Part shown: positions 46,831-57,358 of the stretch, in pieces
Numbering within the stretch: position 1 is the first letter of the stretch
Layout: each line of letters opens with the position of its first letter
NCBI GenBank assembly: GCA_050290185.1
Contig: JBNKHE010000005.1
Span: forward strand, 192,001-256,000
Length of the DNA stretch: 64,000 nt
Direction: 5' to 3'
Source of the DNA: Pontiella sp.
GTDB taxonomy: Bacteria; Verrucomicrobiota; Kiritimatiellia; Kiritimatiellales; Pontiellaceae
Made by a program: the position numbers and the translations under genes
The notes under the pieces: model-generated
Told to the model about the DNA's origin: nothing
The model's database searches: none
Seen by the model: only the letters and a program-made list of their open reading frames with translations

Positions 46831-47353
46831 GGGATTCTCCATCATTCGAAAGCTTGCTTTCATCCTTCAGTGCGCGGATTTTATCGCGAAGATTGGCGGC
46901 AACCTCGTACTCTTCTTTGGCGATAGCGGTTTCAATATCTTTTTGCAAGGAAGCGATCTGCGCCGTTATCCGCGCTTCGACGCCCTGGCGGGCAGGAATC
47001 TTCCCGACATGCTGCCTGCTATGGTGCATCGCCTGCATCAGGGCACTCAATTCGCCCATGAATGCATTATAGCACTCCGGACATCCAAGACGCGCATTGC
47101 TCTTGAATTCAGCCCGGGTCATCTGGCATCGGCTACAGCTCAAGTCGAGCTCGGACATCATGGATTGCCCTTTTTTCATATTGGCCTGCGATCCTAGTCC
47201 GAGCAATACGTCGGTAATCGATATGGGCGAATTGAGATCGATACCATTCTCAAGCGCACAAGCCTGACAAAGGTTAAGTTTCTTAACCGCACCTTCGATG
47301 ACCTGTGTCAGATGGATCGTCGCCTCCGCTTCATGACAACATTCACATTTCAT
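46820..47353 (-). CDS. mcsA: McsA activator (CxxC motifs and UVR domain)
   Basis: CECC, CQAC, CSRC, LGCPECY, EEYEVAANLRDKI. Confidence 0.92.
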   Translation of the reverse strand: MKCECCHEAEATIHLTQVIEGAVKKLNLCQACALENGIDLNSPISITDVLLGLGSQANMKKGQSMMSELDLSCSRCQMTRAEFKSNARLGCPECYNAFMGELSALMQAMHHSRQHVGKIPARQGVEARITAQIASLQKDIETAIAKEEYEVAANLRDKIRALKDESKLSNDGESHDA

Positions 47354-47448
47354 GGGAGCACCCGTTTTCCTTTTCAGACCACTGAAAAGATAATTGGTTC
47401 GGATATTGTCACGCAATCTTTTTAGCGCGGTGAGTGGTGGTGCAACGC

Positions 47449-48318
47449 TTATTGAATAGGCGTTCCTTCGGAATTGGCGCAAGCGACATAAAGCTTCGAA
47501 AGCGCGTCCGTAGTTTTTCCGGGCTTCCCATCGCCGATAATCCGTTTGTCTATGTCGACCACCGATATGATTTCAGCGGCGGTTCCGGTAAGAAACACTT
47601 CGTCCGCCACATATAGATCATAGCGGGCCATCGGTTCTTCACGCACTTCATACCCCGCCTCGCGCGCAAGCTGGATCACCTTGTTGCGGGTAAGTCCCTC
47701 CAGGGCCCCGCAGGTACTCGGCGGCGTTTTGATGATGCCGTTTTTTATGGCAAAGACATTGTCGCCCGATGCTTCCGCAACCTCGCCCTTGTGATTTAGC
47801 ATGAGACACTCCATGCAACCGGCATTGATGGCTTCGATCTTGGCCAGAACGTTGTTCAGATAGTTCAGACTCTTAATACGCGGATTGATGGCTTCAGGAT
47901 GATTGCGGATGGTGCCCACGGTGACAATCTTCAGACCGTTGTCGTAGAGCTCCTGCGGATAGAGTTGGATTTTGGCTGCAATTACAATGACCTCTGCCTT
48001 CTCACACAGATAAGGATTGAGCCCCAGCGTGCCCGTGCCTCTCGTCACGACCAGGCGAATGTAGCCATCCTTGATTTCATTGGCCTTGCATGTGTCCACG
48101 ACAGCCTTTGACATCTCGGCCTTGCTCATCGGAATATCAAGAGCTATCGCCTGGGCCGAGTCGTACAGGCGGTCAATGTGTTCATCCAACAGAAAAACAC
48201 GCCCGTTGTACGCACGAATACCTTCAAAAACACCGTCTCCGTAGAGTAAGCCATGGTCAAAAACCGAAACCACGGCGTCTTTTTCATCTACCAGCTTTCC
48301 ACTTATAAAAATCTTCAT
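47449..48318 (-). CDS. ilvE: branched-chain amino acid aminotransferase
   Basis: DHGLLYGDGVFEG, KSLNYLNN, LEGLTR, EVFLTGTAAE. Confidence 0.95.
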   Translation of the reverse strand: MKIFISGKLVDEKDAVVSVFDHGLLYGDGVFEGIRAYNGRVFLLDEHIDRLYDSAQAIALDIPMSKAEMSKAVVDTCKANEIKDGYIRLVVTRGTGTLGLNPYLCEKAEVIVIAAKIQLYPQELYDNGLKIVTVGTIRNHPEAINPRIKSLNYLNNVLAKIEAINAGCMECLMLNHKGEVAEASGDNVFAIKNGIIKTPPSTCGALEGLTRNKVIQLAREAGYEVREEPMARYDLYVADEVFLTGTAAEIISVVDIDKRIIGDGKPGKTTDALSKLYVACANSEGTPIQ

Positions 48319-49005
48319 TTAAAACGATCCTTGATTCACTAAACTTCCATCTTTCAGGTAAAGATCGCGCGAGCAACGCGCAGCGACTTCCCCGCTATGG
48401 GTAACGAGCACGAGAGTATGCCGTCTCGCTCCGACCAGTTGAAACAAATAATGCAAAACTTTATCGCCCGTTTTCGAGTCCAGATTTCCCGTGGGCTCGT
48501 CGGCAAAAATGATGTCCGGATCATTCATGAGTGCACGGGCAATAGCCACCCGCTGCTGCTCACCGCCCGACAATTCCTGGGGCCGGTGGCCGATGCGATC
48601 GCCCAGCCCAACCTCCCCGAGAAGCTCCTTTGCGCGCGCCCGGGCCGTATTCTTGCCGACCCGCTTTGCCATGGCCGGCAAAGCGACATTTTCCACGATA
48701 TCGAGCTCGGGAAGCAGATGGAACGACTGAAAAACAAACCCGACGTTTTCCGCGCGGAAACGGGCCCGGCGAATCGGCGACATGCGGTAAACATCCTGTC
48801 CTTTGAAATGAACCTTCCCCGCCTTCGGGTTGTCCAGCCCTCCAAGCACATGCAATAGCGTGCTCTTCCCCGATCCGCTTTCGCCCATGATGGAAACCGT
48901 CTCGCCTTCGAAGATTTCCAGCGAGACCCCTTTCAGCACATCCAGGGTCGTTTTTCCAATCGTATAGGAGCGAGAGATGTCTTTGGTTTTAAGAATGGTT
49001 TCCAT
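48319..49005 (-). CDS. ABC transporter ATP-binding protein, LolD-like
   Basis: [43 protein letters not shown]. Confidence 0.9.
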   Translation of the reverse strand: METILKTKDISRSYTIGKTTLDVLKGVSLEIFEGETVSIMGESGSGKSTLLHVLGGLDNPKAGKVHFKGQDVYRMSPIRRARFRAENVGFVFQSFHLLPELDIVENVALPAMAKRVGKNTARARAKELLGEVGLGDRIGHRPQELSGGEQQRVAIARALMNDPDIIFADEPTGNLDSKTGDKVLHYLFQLVGARRHTLVLVTHSGEVAARCSRDLYLKDGSLVNQGSF

Positions 49006-49006
49006 A

Positions 49007-50368
49007 TCAACCAATGCACTCCTTAACCACCGCGACCAGGCGTTCGGCAATGGAACGGGTCTGCTCTTCCGTGGGGCCCTCTACCATCACGCGGCACATG
49101 GGCTGGGTGCCTGAATAACGAATTAAAACACGCCCCTGATCGCCCAGTTCCAGCTCCGCTTGCTTGATTGCATCCTGTAGTGCGTCGATGTCTTCGAGCG
49201 GAGGTTTTTCGGCAACATCCATATTGATCAGCACCTGGGGATAAACCTGCATTACCTGAGCAAGCGAGGAAAGTCGTTCGCCGCTCTTGCGCATGATCGC
49301 CAGCAACTGCAGTGCGGAAACAATCCCATCTCCAGTTGTGTGGAAATTATGGAAAATAAGATGTCCGGAATCCTCGCCACCCAGCACGGCTCCCCGCTTG
49401 CGCATAAGTTCCAGCACATATCGGTCGCCCACATCCGCGAAGTCGCTTTCGATTCCCATTTCCTGCATGGCGACATGGAAACCGATGTTGCTCATAACGG
49501 TACCAACGACCAGGTTGTTCTTGAGCAATCCAGCCTGCTTATAGTCCTTCGCACATATGGCTATGATCTGATCGCCGGTAAGCTCGACACCGTTTTCATC
49601 GACAGCAATTAACCGGTCGCCATCTCCATCGAAAGCCAATCCGACATCCGCGTTCAGCTCCTTGAGCATGGCCTGCAGATCCTGGGTGTGCTGCGAACCG
49701 CAATTATCGTTGATGTTCATGCCGTTGGGGTCGGCGTGAATCGTGGTGACCTCGGCGCCGAGTTCGGAAAATATGAGCGGTGCGCATTTGTAGGTAGCTC
49801 CATTAGAGCAGTCCAGCACGACCTTCATTCCATCAAGGGTCATATTTTCGGGAAACGTATTTTTACAGAATTCAATGTACCGGCCCATGGCGTCGTCAAT
49901 ACGCTTCGCCTTGCCGACCTCCTGCGCAACGGCGCGGATATTATTGATGCGCCCGCTGAGCACCAGATCTTCTATTTCCGCCTCCATGGCATCGGGCAAT
50001 TTGTAGCCGGTGCGTCCGAAAATCTTTATTCCGTTGTCGAAGTACGGGTTGTGCGAAGCCGAGATCACCAATCCGGCATCAGCGCGCATACTGTGCGTAA
50101 TGAAAGCCACTGCCGGCGTAGGGATCGGGCCGAGTAAAAGCACGTCAACACCCATGGAGGTAATCCCTGCGGTCAGCGCATTCTCAAGCATGTATCCGCT
50201 CAGACGGGTATCCTTGCCGATGATGATCCGTGGCCGCGTACCTTTTTCCTTGTGATATTCCTTGCAGGTATATGCCGTGGCTCGCCCGATCTGCAGGGCC
50301 ATCTCCGCGGTCATATTGCCTTCGTTCGCCATGCCGCGAACGCCGTCGGTTCCAAAAAGCCTTCCCAT
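49007..50368 (-). CDS. glmM: phosphoglucosamine mutase
   Basis: LFGTDGVRG, GKDTRLSG, ISASHNP, FDGDGDR, GGEDSGH, RYSGT. Confidence 0.96.
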   Translation of the reverse strand: MGRLFGTDGVRGMANEGNMTAEMALQIGRATAYTCKEYHKEKGTRPRIIIGKDTRLSGYMLENALTAGITSMGVDVLLLGPIPTPAVAFITHSMRADAGLVISASHNPYFDNGIKIFGRTGYKLPDAMEAEIEDLVLSGRINNIRAVAQEVGKAKRIDDAMGRYIEFCKNTFPENMTLDGMKVVLDCSNGATYKCAPLIFSELGAEVTTIHADPNGMNINDNCGSQHTQDLQAMLKELNADVGLAFDGDGDRLIAVDENGVELTGDQIIAICAKDYKQAGLLKNNLVVGTVMSNIGFHVAMQEMGIESDFADVGDRYVLELMRKRGAVLGGEDSGHLIFHNFHTTGDGIVSALQLLAIMRKSGERLSSLAQVMQVYPQVLINMDVAEKPPLEDIDALQDAIKQAELELGDQGRVLIRYSGTQPMCRVMVEGPTEEQTRSIAERLVAVVKECIG

Positions 50369-50370
50369 CA

Positions 50371-51534
50371 TTATCTCCAAAGTTGTTCTGCATGCTTCAC
50401 AATCGACCATAGCCATGCCCGACCGGCTGCACGCGTCGGGGCATCCAGGGACTTGATCGTATCAATATAGCTTCCGCTGTGTTCCTGCTGGACCGATTTA
50501 ATAAAATTAATTTCGGGCGCATGTGCATTGCAGCAAAGCTCACGCTCCATTTCCGGCCAGATCGACATGAATTGTTTTTGCGCCTCAAGTTCTTCAAGAG
50601 AGGCGGCACCTTTCTCTTCCAGTCGCTGGATCGAGAATCCCATCTTGCCGGCCACGGCTCCCAATCTCTTTATGCGTTCCGCCTGCACCGTGTTCAGATT
50701 ATTAATGGCACCATCCAATACCGCCTGATCGAACTCATCCCGAACAAAGAGGCTTCGGATATGGCTGTACCACTCGCGCAGTGCCTCGACGTTGCCGATA
50801 TAGACAAGATTGTTCTTCACGATGCGGTTTATATTTCGGTAGACGCCGGTTTCATAATCGACCGTCACAGCATTGGGTGTTGCGGGAACATGCAACTGGT
50901 TTTCTTCAAGCACATCCTTTCTGCAGGTCCCGCCTGCCGCCACAATGGTGCCGAAGGCAATGCGGGACGGCCCCACCAAGCCCCCCTGCCCGCCCAGAAA
51001 GATCGGTTTGTTGTCCACAAAAACGCCGTTGGGCACGTCCCCGAGCAACGAAGCCGTCGCCTTGTCCTGATGCGGGGTAAAGTTGAAGTGGACATAGGAC
51101 GAGCCGATTTCGCTGTGATCCTTCCGGCTCGTGCCTCCAGCCATCAGCGCATCACAAAAATTAATCAGGCTTCCTGCGGTAACGAATGGCAGGAAGATCG
51201 TTTGTTTCAACCCGACAGAGTGAGCCCCGCTGGCCTCCTCTTCCAAAATGGTCCCGGCCCGTACATGCGCACCACTTCCCATATTGGAGCCATCAAGAAA
51301 TACCGCTTTGGAAAAGTAGCCGCCTTTGAGTTGAACATGGCGTCCCAGCTGGCAGTTTTCGATAGTGGCGGGAGCTTCCGATCCGATTATGCATCCGGCT
51401 CCGATGGAGATTTCCGAGCCGAGAATCCTGCAACCGGGATAGATCACGACATCGGATGCAATCCTTGCGCAATCAACGTCTTCACCAACGGTTACGCCGG
51501 CCGCCAACCATTCCTCTTTCGAGCGATATGTCAT
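50371..51534 (-). CDS. GlmU-related left-handed beta-helix (acetyltransferase-like) protein
   Basis: Hexapeptide-like repeats, GSGAHVRAGT; coupled to glmM; no recognisable N-terminal uridyltransferase domain. Confidence 0.7.
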   Translation of the reverse strand: MTYRSKEEWLAAGVTVGEDVDCARIASDVVIYPGCRILGSEISIGAGCIIGSEAPATIENCQLGRHVQLKGGYFSKAVFLDGSNMGSGAHVRAGTILEEEASGAHSVGLKQTIFLPFVTAGSLINFCDALMAGGTSRKDHSEIGSSYVHFNFTPHQDKATASLLGDVPNGVFVDNKPIFLGGQGGLVGPSRIAFGTIVAAGGTCRKDVLEENQLHVPATPNAVTVDYETGVYRNINRIVKNNLVYIGNVEALREWYSHIRSLFVRDEFDQAVLDGAINNLNTVQAERIKRLGAVAGKMGFSIQRLEEKGAASLEELEAQKQFMSIWPEMERELCCNAHAPEINFIKSVQQEHSGSYIDTIKSLDAPTRAAGRAWLWSIVKHAEQLWR

Positions 51535-51632
51535 TTGTTGAGCCCCACTAAATTTCCAACACTTGCAAACAGAGGTGGGAATCTAGCAAATTACTGGGGA
51601 ATGTCGCCCTGTTTTTGCATGCATTGCGGAAC

Positions 51633-52031
51633 TCATTCCTCTTCGCGGCATGCCGAATAGAGCCAGCTCAAGAGCGATTCGAAGCGTGGATCCTTGTGGA
51701 GACTGTTCAGATCCGGATCGCTCTTCATCCAATCATAATCGCCGTAGCCCAGCTCGACCGCATTGGTCAGTGCTTCGAAGGCTTCGTCGGGATGACTGGT
51801 CAAGGCATATGAACAACCGAGGTTATACCAGACCAGATCATCATTGGGCAGCTGATGGCTCAGTTGAATATCTATGGCAAGTCCTTCTTCATACTTGCCG
51901 GCTTTGGTGTAGAGCTCAGCAAGCGCCTGAAGCACCTCCACATCACCGGGAAGACGTTCCGCCACTTTTTGAAGAAACTGGAGCTCGACCGCATCATGCC
52001 CCTTGCGATCGTTGGTTCTATTTTTGCTCAT
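51633..52031 (-). CDS. TPR-repeat protein
   Basis: ALAELYTKAG, WYNLGCSYAL...AVELGY...DPDLNSL. Confidence 0.85.
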   Translation of the reverse strand: MSKNRTNDRKGHDAVELQFLQKVAERLPGDVEVLQALAELYTKAGKYEEGLAIDIQLSHQLPNDDLVWYNLGCSYALTSHPDEAFEALTNAVELGYGDYDWMKSDPDLNSLHKDPRFESLLSWLYSACREEE

Positions 52032-52042
52032 GATACCTCTTG

Positions 52043-53332
52043 TTAGCTCATCGGCCGGTGCGTGGGCCCGGTATAAACCTGGCGCGGGCGGCCAATGCGG
52101 CCATGCGGATCATCGCGCATTTCAAGCCACTGGGCAATCCAGCCCGGCATCCGGCCGATGGCGAACATCACGGTAAACATATTGGTTGGGATACCCATGG
52201 CACGATAGGTAAGTCCCGTGTAGAAATCGATGTTGGGATAGAGGTTCCGGCTTACGAAATAGTCATCCGCAATCACCGCCTCTTCGAGCTCCTGGGCCAG
52301 ATCGACCAACGGATCCGACTTGCCCATTTTGGCCAGCACATCCTTACACATCTGCTTAGCTACTTTTGCACGGGGATCGTATGACTTGTACACGCGATGC
52401 CCGACACCCATGACCCGGAACGGATCGTTTTTGTCCTTGGCACGCTCGATGACGCGTTTTACATCGCCTTTGTCTTCGATGATAATGCGTTCGAGCATTT
52501 CGATGACATGCTGGTTAGCTCCACCATGCAGCGGCCCCCACAGCGCGCAGATACCTGCCGAAATGGAGGCATAGAGGTTGGCCCCGGCACTTCCAACCAT
52601 CTTCACAACGGAGGCCGAGCAGTTCTGTTCATGGTCCGCGTGCAGGATCAGCAGTTTGTTCAGCGCCTTGGACATAACAGGATCGACCTGGAAATCGTTT
52701 ACCGGCGTCCAAAACATCATGTTAAGGAAGTTTTCGCAATACTTCATCGTGTGCTTGGGATAGACAATCGGATGGCCGATCGACTTCTTGTAGGAAAAGG
52801 CCGCCGCCGTACGGAGCTTGGAAAGCAGACGGGTTACCTTGAAGTCGATATTCTCCTGATTGCTTGCATCCTCCAGCTCGGGATAGAAGGTTGAAAGAGA
52901 TACCGCCATCGCCGAAAGCGTGGCCATAGGGTGGGCATGATCCGGATAGGCATCGAAAAAGTGCCGCATGTCCTCGTGCATCAGGGAATGATGGTTGAGT
53001 GACCGAGAAAACTCATCATGCTGGTCCTTGTTTGGCAGGGTGCCGTGGATCAAAAGATAGGCCACATCGATGAACTCGCAGTTTTCGGCCAGATCGTTGA
53101 TATCATATCCCCGATAGCGAAGAATACCTTGCTCACCGTCAATGAAGGTAATGTCACTTTGACAGCAACCGGTATTCACAAATCCCGGGTCATAGGTGAT
53201 CATTCCGGTATCTTTTCTCAATGCGCGAATATCAATGGCCTTCTCGTGTTCCGTTCCCTCAATAAGGGGAAGATCGATCGACGTGTCTCCATAGGTTAGT
53301 TTTGCGGTACCCAAATCCTTGATTTCTGACAT
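52043..53332 (-). CDS. gltA: citrate synthase (type II)
   Basis: DPGFVNT, LRYRGY, LHADHEQN, GPLHGGAN, MGVGHRVYK, YPNIDFY. Confidence 0.97.
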   Translation of the reverse strand: MSEIKDLGTAKLTYGDTSIDLPLIEGTEHEKAIDIRALRKDTGMITYDPGFVNTGCCQSDITFIDGEQGILRYRGYDINDLAENCEFIDVAYLLIHGTLPNKDQHDEFSRSLNHHSLMHEDMRHFFDAYPDHAHPMATLSAMAVSLSTFYPELEDASNQENIDFKVTRLLSKLRTAAAFSYKKSIGHPIVYPKHTMKYCENFLNMMFWTPVNDFQVDPVMSKALNKLLILHADHEQNCSASVVKMVGSAGANLYASISAGICALWGPLHGGANQHVIEMLERIIIEDKGDVKRVIERAKDKNDPFRVMGVGHRVYKSYDPRAKVAKQMCKDVLAKMGKSDPLVDLAQELEEAVIADDYFVSRNLYPNIDFYTGLTYRAMGIPTNMFTVMFAIGRMPGWIAQWLEMRDDPHGRIGRPRQVYTGPTHRPMS

Positions 53333-53544
53333 ATTGAATCTCCTTGCAAAGCTGGTTGCTTACTCTAAGTGCGCTAAAAAATACGGGTTGACGGTCATCA
53401 TTCAAGACTAAAAGCTGCGGGGGCAGCCACTATTGTTCGGGGATGGACGAAGAAAGCTCCCGTTTTTTTAAACATTTAGTATTGCGCGGCCTACTCCATT
53501 TATGTTTTATCCACGGGTCTTTCAACAAAAGGAACCTGTAATTT

Positions 53545-53850
53545 ATGGCTAAGAAAAGCAAAATCGTTAAGAACCAGAAGCGCATCGCATGTGCCGCCAA
53601 ATACTATGAGCGCCGCGTGGAGCTGAAGAAAATCATCAACAATCCCGAATCCGCTCCGGAAGACCGCATCGCAGCCATCCGCAAGCTGCGCAGCCTCCCG
53701 CTTGATGCCAACCCCAACCGCATCATGAACCGCTGTTCGCTAACCGGTCGTCCGCACGCTGTATACCGCAAGTTTGGACTATCCCGCATCACCCTGCGAG
53801 AAATGGCTTCCACCGGCCAGATCCCGGGTATGACCAAGGCCAGCTGGTAA
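53545..53850 (+). CDS. rpsN: 30S ribosomal protein S14 (long, zinc-independent form)
   Basis: MAKKS...NRCSLTGRP...KFGLSRI.LRE...IPGMTKASW. Confidence 0.96.
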   Translation: MAKKSKIVKNQKRIACAAKYYERRVELKKIINNPESAPEDRIAAIRKLRSLPLDANPNRIMNRCSLTGRPHAVYRKFGLSRITLREMASTGQIPGMTKASW

Positions 53851-53879
53851 GCATCCCCTTCTTTGCTGGAAGATATTCG

Positions 53880-53904
53880 CCCCGTCACTCGACGGGGTTT
53901 TTTT
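53880..53904 (+). terminator. intrinsic terminator after rpsN
   Basis: CCCCGTC-ACTC-GACGGGG followed by a T-run. Confidence 0.75.
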
Positions 53905-54115
53905 GTGCCTGCCTGCGGCGGAGGAGCTCAACCACTTGAGTAGAGACGTGGCCCCAGGGTCGTCGCCGCTACCATACCCCAGTAGGTTTCGGCATCTCTC
54001 AGAAGCGTCGCGTATATTGCCGGGGAGTCGCGAAGGTAAGCACCCCCAAGTGCACCTACAAAAAAAAACCGCCCCAGAGCTGGGACGGCTTTTGCGTTCC
54101 TTTGTAGCGGAAAAA

Positions 54116-54346
54116 CTAGGCCTTGTTTACCTTGCCGGAGCGGATTGCCTTCGCAGAAACCCAAACCCGTTTAACGGTTCCGTTTTCATCGCGAACGCGA
54201 ACACGCTGCAGGTTCGGCTTAAACGTACGCTTGGTTGCGCTGGTCACGTGAAGACCGATGCCGCCTTTTTTCTTCGACAAACCCTTGCGGACAATACGGC
54301 GTCCGGTGATGGTTTTCTTTCCAGTTACTGCACATTCTCTAGCCAT
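54116..54346 (-). CDS. rpmB: 50S ribosomal protein L28
   Basis: MARECAVTGK...TKRTFKPNLQ...VSAKAIRS. Confidence 0.95.
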   Translation of the reverse strand: MARECAVTGKKTITGRRIVRKGLSKKKGGIGLHVTSATKRTFKPNLQRVRVRDENGTVKRVWVSAKAIRSGKVNKA

Positions 54347-54459
54347 CGTAAATACCTCGGTAATGTTTCAATCAAAATTGTTCGGCTCAACAAGAGCTTG
54401 GGAATCTAAGCATTCCCGCCTGCTTTGCAAGTACATTTACGTATTTTTTCGTCTATTTA

Positions 54460-55581
54460 CTACACCAGCTCCGAGAAGACTGCATTGCAGACAAACAGCG
54501 CATCGGAGGTCAGGGCAAGCCGCGTCCCTCTCCGGTGCAGCAAGCCTTCTTCAATCATCGACTCGATGGCGGAACCGCACAGATCCCCCACATCCTGTCC
54601 GGTCACCTGCCTAAAGGACTCGACATCGACTCCATCAAGCATCCGCAGCCACATAACGAGGGTTTCGCGCGCCTTGTCCTCAGCCGAAAGCACTTCCACC
54701 TCTTCAAAGGGACGTGCCCCGCTTTTCATTCGTTCGCACCAGGCTGGCAGATCGGGTAAGTTGCCAAAACGTCGTCCCTGCCAGTGAGAATGCGCCGAAG
54801 GCCCGCAGCCAAAATACTCGCCCCCCTGCCAATAGAGTACATTGTGCCGACATTCCCGCCCGGGTTTTGAAAAGTTGGAAATTTCGTAATGGTCATAGCC
54901 CGCATTTTCCAACAAGGCCTTGACGGCATAATAGTTGTCCGCCTCTTCGTCGTCACCCGGCGGAACGAGCCGTCCGGCATCGCGATCGCGGGTCATTGGA
55001 GTTCCCGGCTCATAAATGAGGTTGTAGTAGGAAACGTGCTCAGGGCCCAGCTCAATGACTTTGCGGGCATCGCCCAGCACATCATCCGGCGTCATGCCCG
55101 GAATGCTTTGGATCAGGTCGATATTCACGTTATCAAAACCGGCCTCGCGCAGCATGTGGTAGCCTTCCACCGCCTGCTCCGCCGAATGGATGCGGCCGAG
55201 AAGCTTCAGTGCCTTTGGATTGAACGACTGCACGCCGATCGAGATACGGTTGATCCCCCCCGCCTTCATGGCGGCCAGTTTTTCATCGGTCAAGGTGCCG
55301 GGATTGGCTTCGCTTGTGAACTCGACCACATTGGACAGATCTATCTGCCGATGAATGGCGGCCAGCATGGCGGCATAGTGATCCGCCGGCAGGGCTGTTG
55401 GCGTTCCTCCGCCGATGAACAGGGTGTCCGGCGCAAAGTCCTTCGGCAACCGGCCCAACTCAATTTCCAGACATTCCAGAAAGAGCGACAGGTTATCCCA
55501 CTCGTTCGGTGTCATTTTATAGAAGTCACAATAGCGGCATCGCGACATGCAAAGCGGGATATGGATATAGAGACCGGTCAT
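54460..55581 (-). CDS. hemW: radical SAM heme chaperone HemW
   Basis: LYIHIPLCMSRCRYCDF, GGGTPT, EANP, RISIGVQSF, HYEISNF. Confidence 0.9.
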   Translation of the reverse strand: MTGLYIHIPLCMSRCRYCDFYKMTPNEWDNLSLFLECLEIELGRLPKDFAPDTLFIGGGTPTALPADHYAAMLAAIHRQIDLSNVVEFTSEANPGTLTDEKLAAMKAGGINRISIGVQSFNPKALKLLGRIHSAEQAVEGYHMLREAGFDNVNIDLIQSIPGMTPDDVLGDARKVIELGPEHVSYYNLIYEPGTPMTRDRDAGRLVPPGDDEEADNYYAVKALLENAGYDHYEISNFSKPGRECRHNVLYWQGGEYFGCGPSAHSHWQGRRFGNLPDLPAWCERMKSGARPFEEVEVLSAEDKARETLVMWLRMLDGVDVESFRQVTGQDVGDLCGSAIESMIEEGLLHRRGTRLALTSDALFVCNAVFSELV

Positions 55582-55768
55582 TACTACAGCTTTAGGGGTT
55601 GGGTTTTATGAGATTAAGAAGCGACAACGATGCGGGAATTGGACGGCCCTGCCAACCGCAAACTACATATAAGACCAATTTGGTAAATATTCACACAATC
55701 CGTTCGACACCGGATAACCGTCCTGATAAGGATACGCGCTCTTGTTGATCGTATTTCAGGGTTTTGCT

Positions 55769-57196
55769 ATGAATATTGAAAAGAAAAAGCATGTTGTCGT
55801 AATCGGAAACGGGATGGCCAGTTTCCGATTCTGCGAAAAGCTTTTGGAATACGATGCGTTTCATGAATTCACGGTAACGGTAGTTGGCGATGAATTGCTT
55901 CCGGCCTACGACCGGGTTTCGCTGTCTTCGCTTTTCACGGGAAAACCGGAAAAGGATCTCATTTTTGCCGAAGCCCGCTGGTACGACTATCAAAAGATCA
56001 AACTGTTGCAAGGCACGCGCGTCGCCGGCATCAATCGGGCGGAAAAATACATCACAACCCAGTCCGGGCGCAGAATAGAATACGACAAACTGGTGATGGC
56101 CACCGGAGCCCACCCGCATATCCCTAAAATACCGGGCACGGAACTAAGCGGCATACAGGTCTACCGGACCATCGACGATGTCGATGCAATCCGGCGGGAT
56201 GCCGAAGAGGCTTCCCGAGCAGTCGTGGTCGGCGGAGGGCTTCTCGGCCTGGAAGCTGCGGCCGCGTGCAAAAGCATGGGACTGGAAACCACGGTTATCG
56301 AGCGCGCTACGCACCTGATGGCCTGCCAGCTTGATTCCGCTGGAGGACGACTGTTGCAGAACAAAGTGGAAGCGCTCGATATTACCGTTCGCACCGCCGA
56401 AAACATCATTGCCCTAGAAGGTCGGAAGAAGGTCGAGCAAGTGCGTCTTGAAAAAGGAGAACTGCTTCCGGCCGATCTGGTGATTCTGACTACCGGCATC
56501 CAGCCGAACGATGAGCTTGGGCGGGATGCCAAACTCAATATCGGAAAAAAAGGTGGTATCGCAGTCAACAAAACCATGCGCACCTCGGATGACGATATCT
56601 ATGCCATTGGCGAATGCGCGTCTTTCAATGACACGACCTTTGGTCTGGTTGCCCCCTGCTACGCCATGGCCGAAGCCGCGGCAGCCCACCTCGGAGGAAT
56701 CAATAAAACATTCCAATCCAGTGCCCCGACCTCGCAACTCAAACTACTCGACCTGCAGGTTGCCAGCATCGGCCAGCCGTCGCTTGAATCAACCGACACC
56801 CGTTGCATCATCGACCGCGACGACGACCGTGGCGTGTATAAGAAATTGATCACCGACCCCGAAGGAAAACAGTTGCTTGGATCCATCCTGATGGGTGAAA
56901 CATCCGAATTCAGCCGCTTGCAGAAAATAATCGAGGACGGGACCGAACTCCCCGAGCACCCCGAAAGCCTGCTGGCTCCCATCGGCTCCCCCTTTGAACC
57001 CGAGCTCGATCTGGAAGACGACGATGTCGTCTGCTTCTGCAACTACGTCACCAAAGGCGATATCTGCAAAGCCATCGACCGCGACAACCTGAAAACCACG
57101 GGCGATGTTATGGGTACCACCTATGCCGCCAGTTTGTGCGGTAGCTGCCTGGATACGCTCAACACGGTTACCAAGCAGCATATCTCCCGGAAATAA
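55769..57196 (+). CDS. NirB/NasB-like FAD/NAD(P)H oxidoreductase with C-terminal BFD-like [2Fe-2S] domain
   Basis: VVIGNGMAS, YDRVSLS, ATG, GGGLLGLEAA, IYAIGEC, CFCNYV...CGSC; no siroheme domain. Confidence 0.85.
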   Translation: MNIEKKKHVVVIGNGMASFRFCEKLLEYDAFHEFTVTVVGDELLPAYDRVSLSSLFTGKPEKDLIFAEARWYDYQKIKLLQGTRVAGINRAEKYITTQSGRRIEYDKLVMATGAHPHIPKIPGTELSGIQVYRTIDDVDAIRRDAEEASRAVVVGGGLLGLEAAAACKSMGLETTVIERATHLMACQLDSAGGRLLQNKVEALDITVRTAENIIALEGRKKVEQVRLEKGELLPADLVILTTGIQPNDELGRDAKLNIGKKGGIAVNKTMRTSDDDIYAIGECASFNDTTFGLVAPCYAMAEAAAAHLGGINKTFQSSAPTSQLKLLDLQVASIGQPSLESTDTRCIIDRDDDRGVYKKLITDPEGKQLLGSILMGETSEFSRLQKIIEDGTELPEHPESLLAPIGSPFEPELDLEDDDVVCFCNYVTKGDICKAIDRDNLKTTGDVMGTTYAASLCGSCLDTLNTVTKQHISRK

Positions 57197-57358
57197 GGCG
57201 CTATTCTTTAAAAAATAGAACTTGCGCTACCCCATCCGCCTACGTATATTCCGCCGCTTAATTGACCGGATGTTCCGGTCAGAAGCGAAGGCCACCTGAC
57301 CTCGTGGTGTGTCAAAGCGGATTGTTTATAAATAGAGTAAACTATAAGGAGAGGTATC

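Noticed and set aside
55769..57196. Complete nitrite reductase NirB
   Set aside because: The ORF ends after one BFD-like domain and lacks the siroheme/4Fe-4S half, so it is called only NirB/NasB-like.
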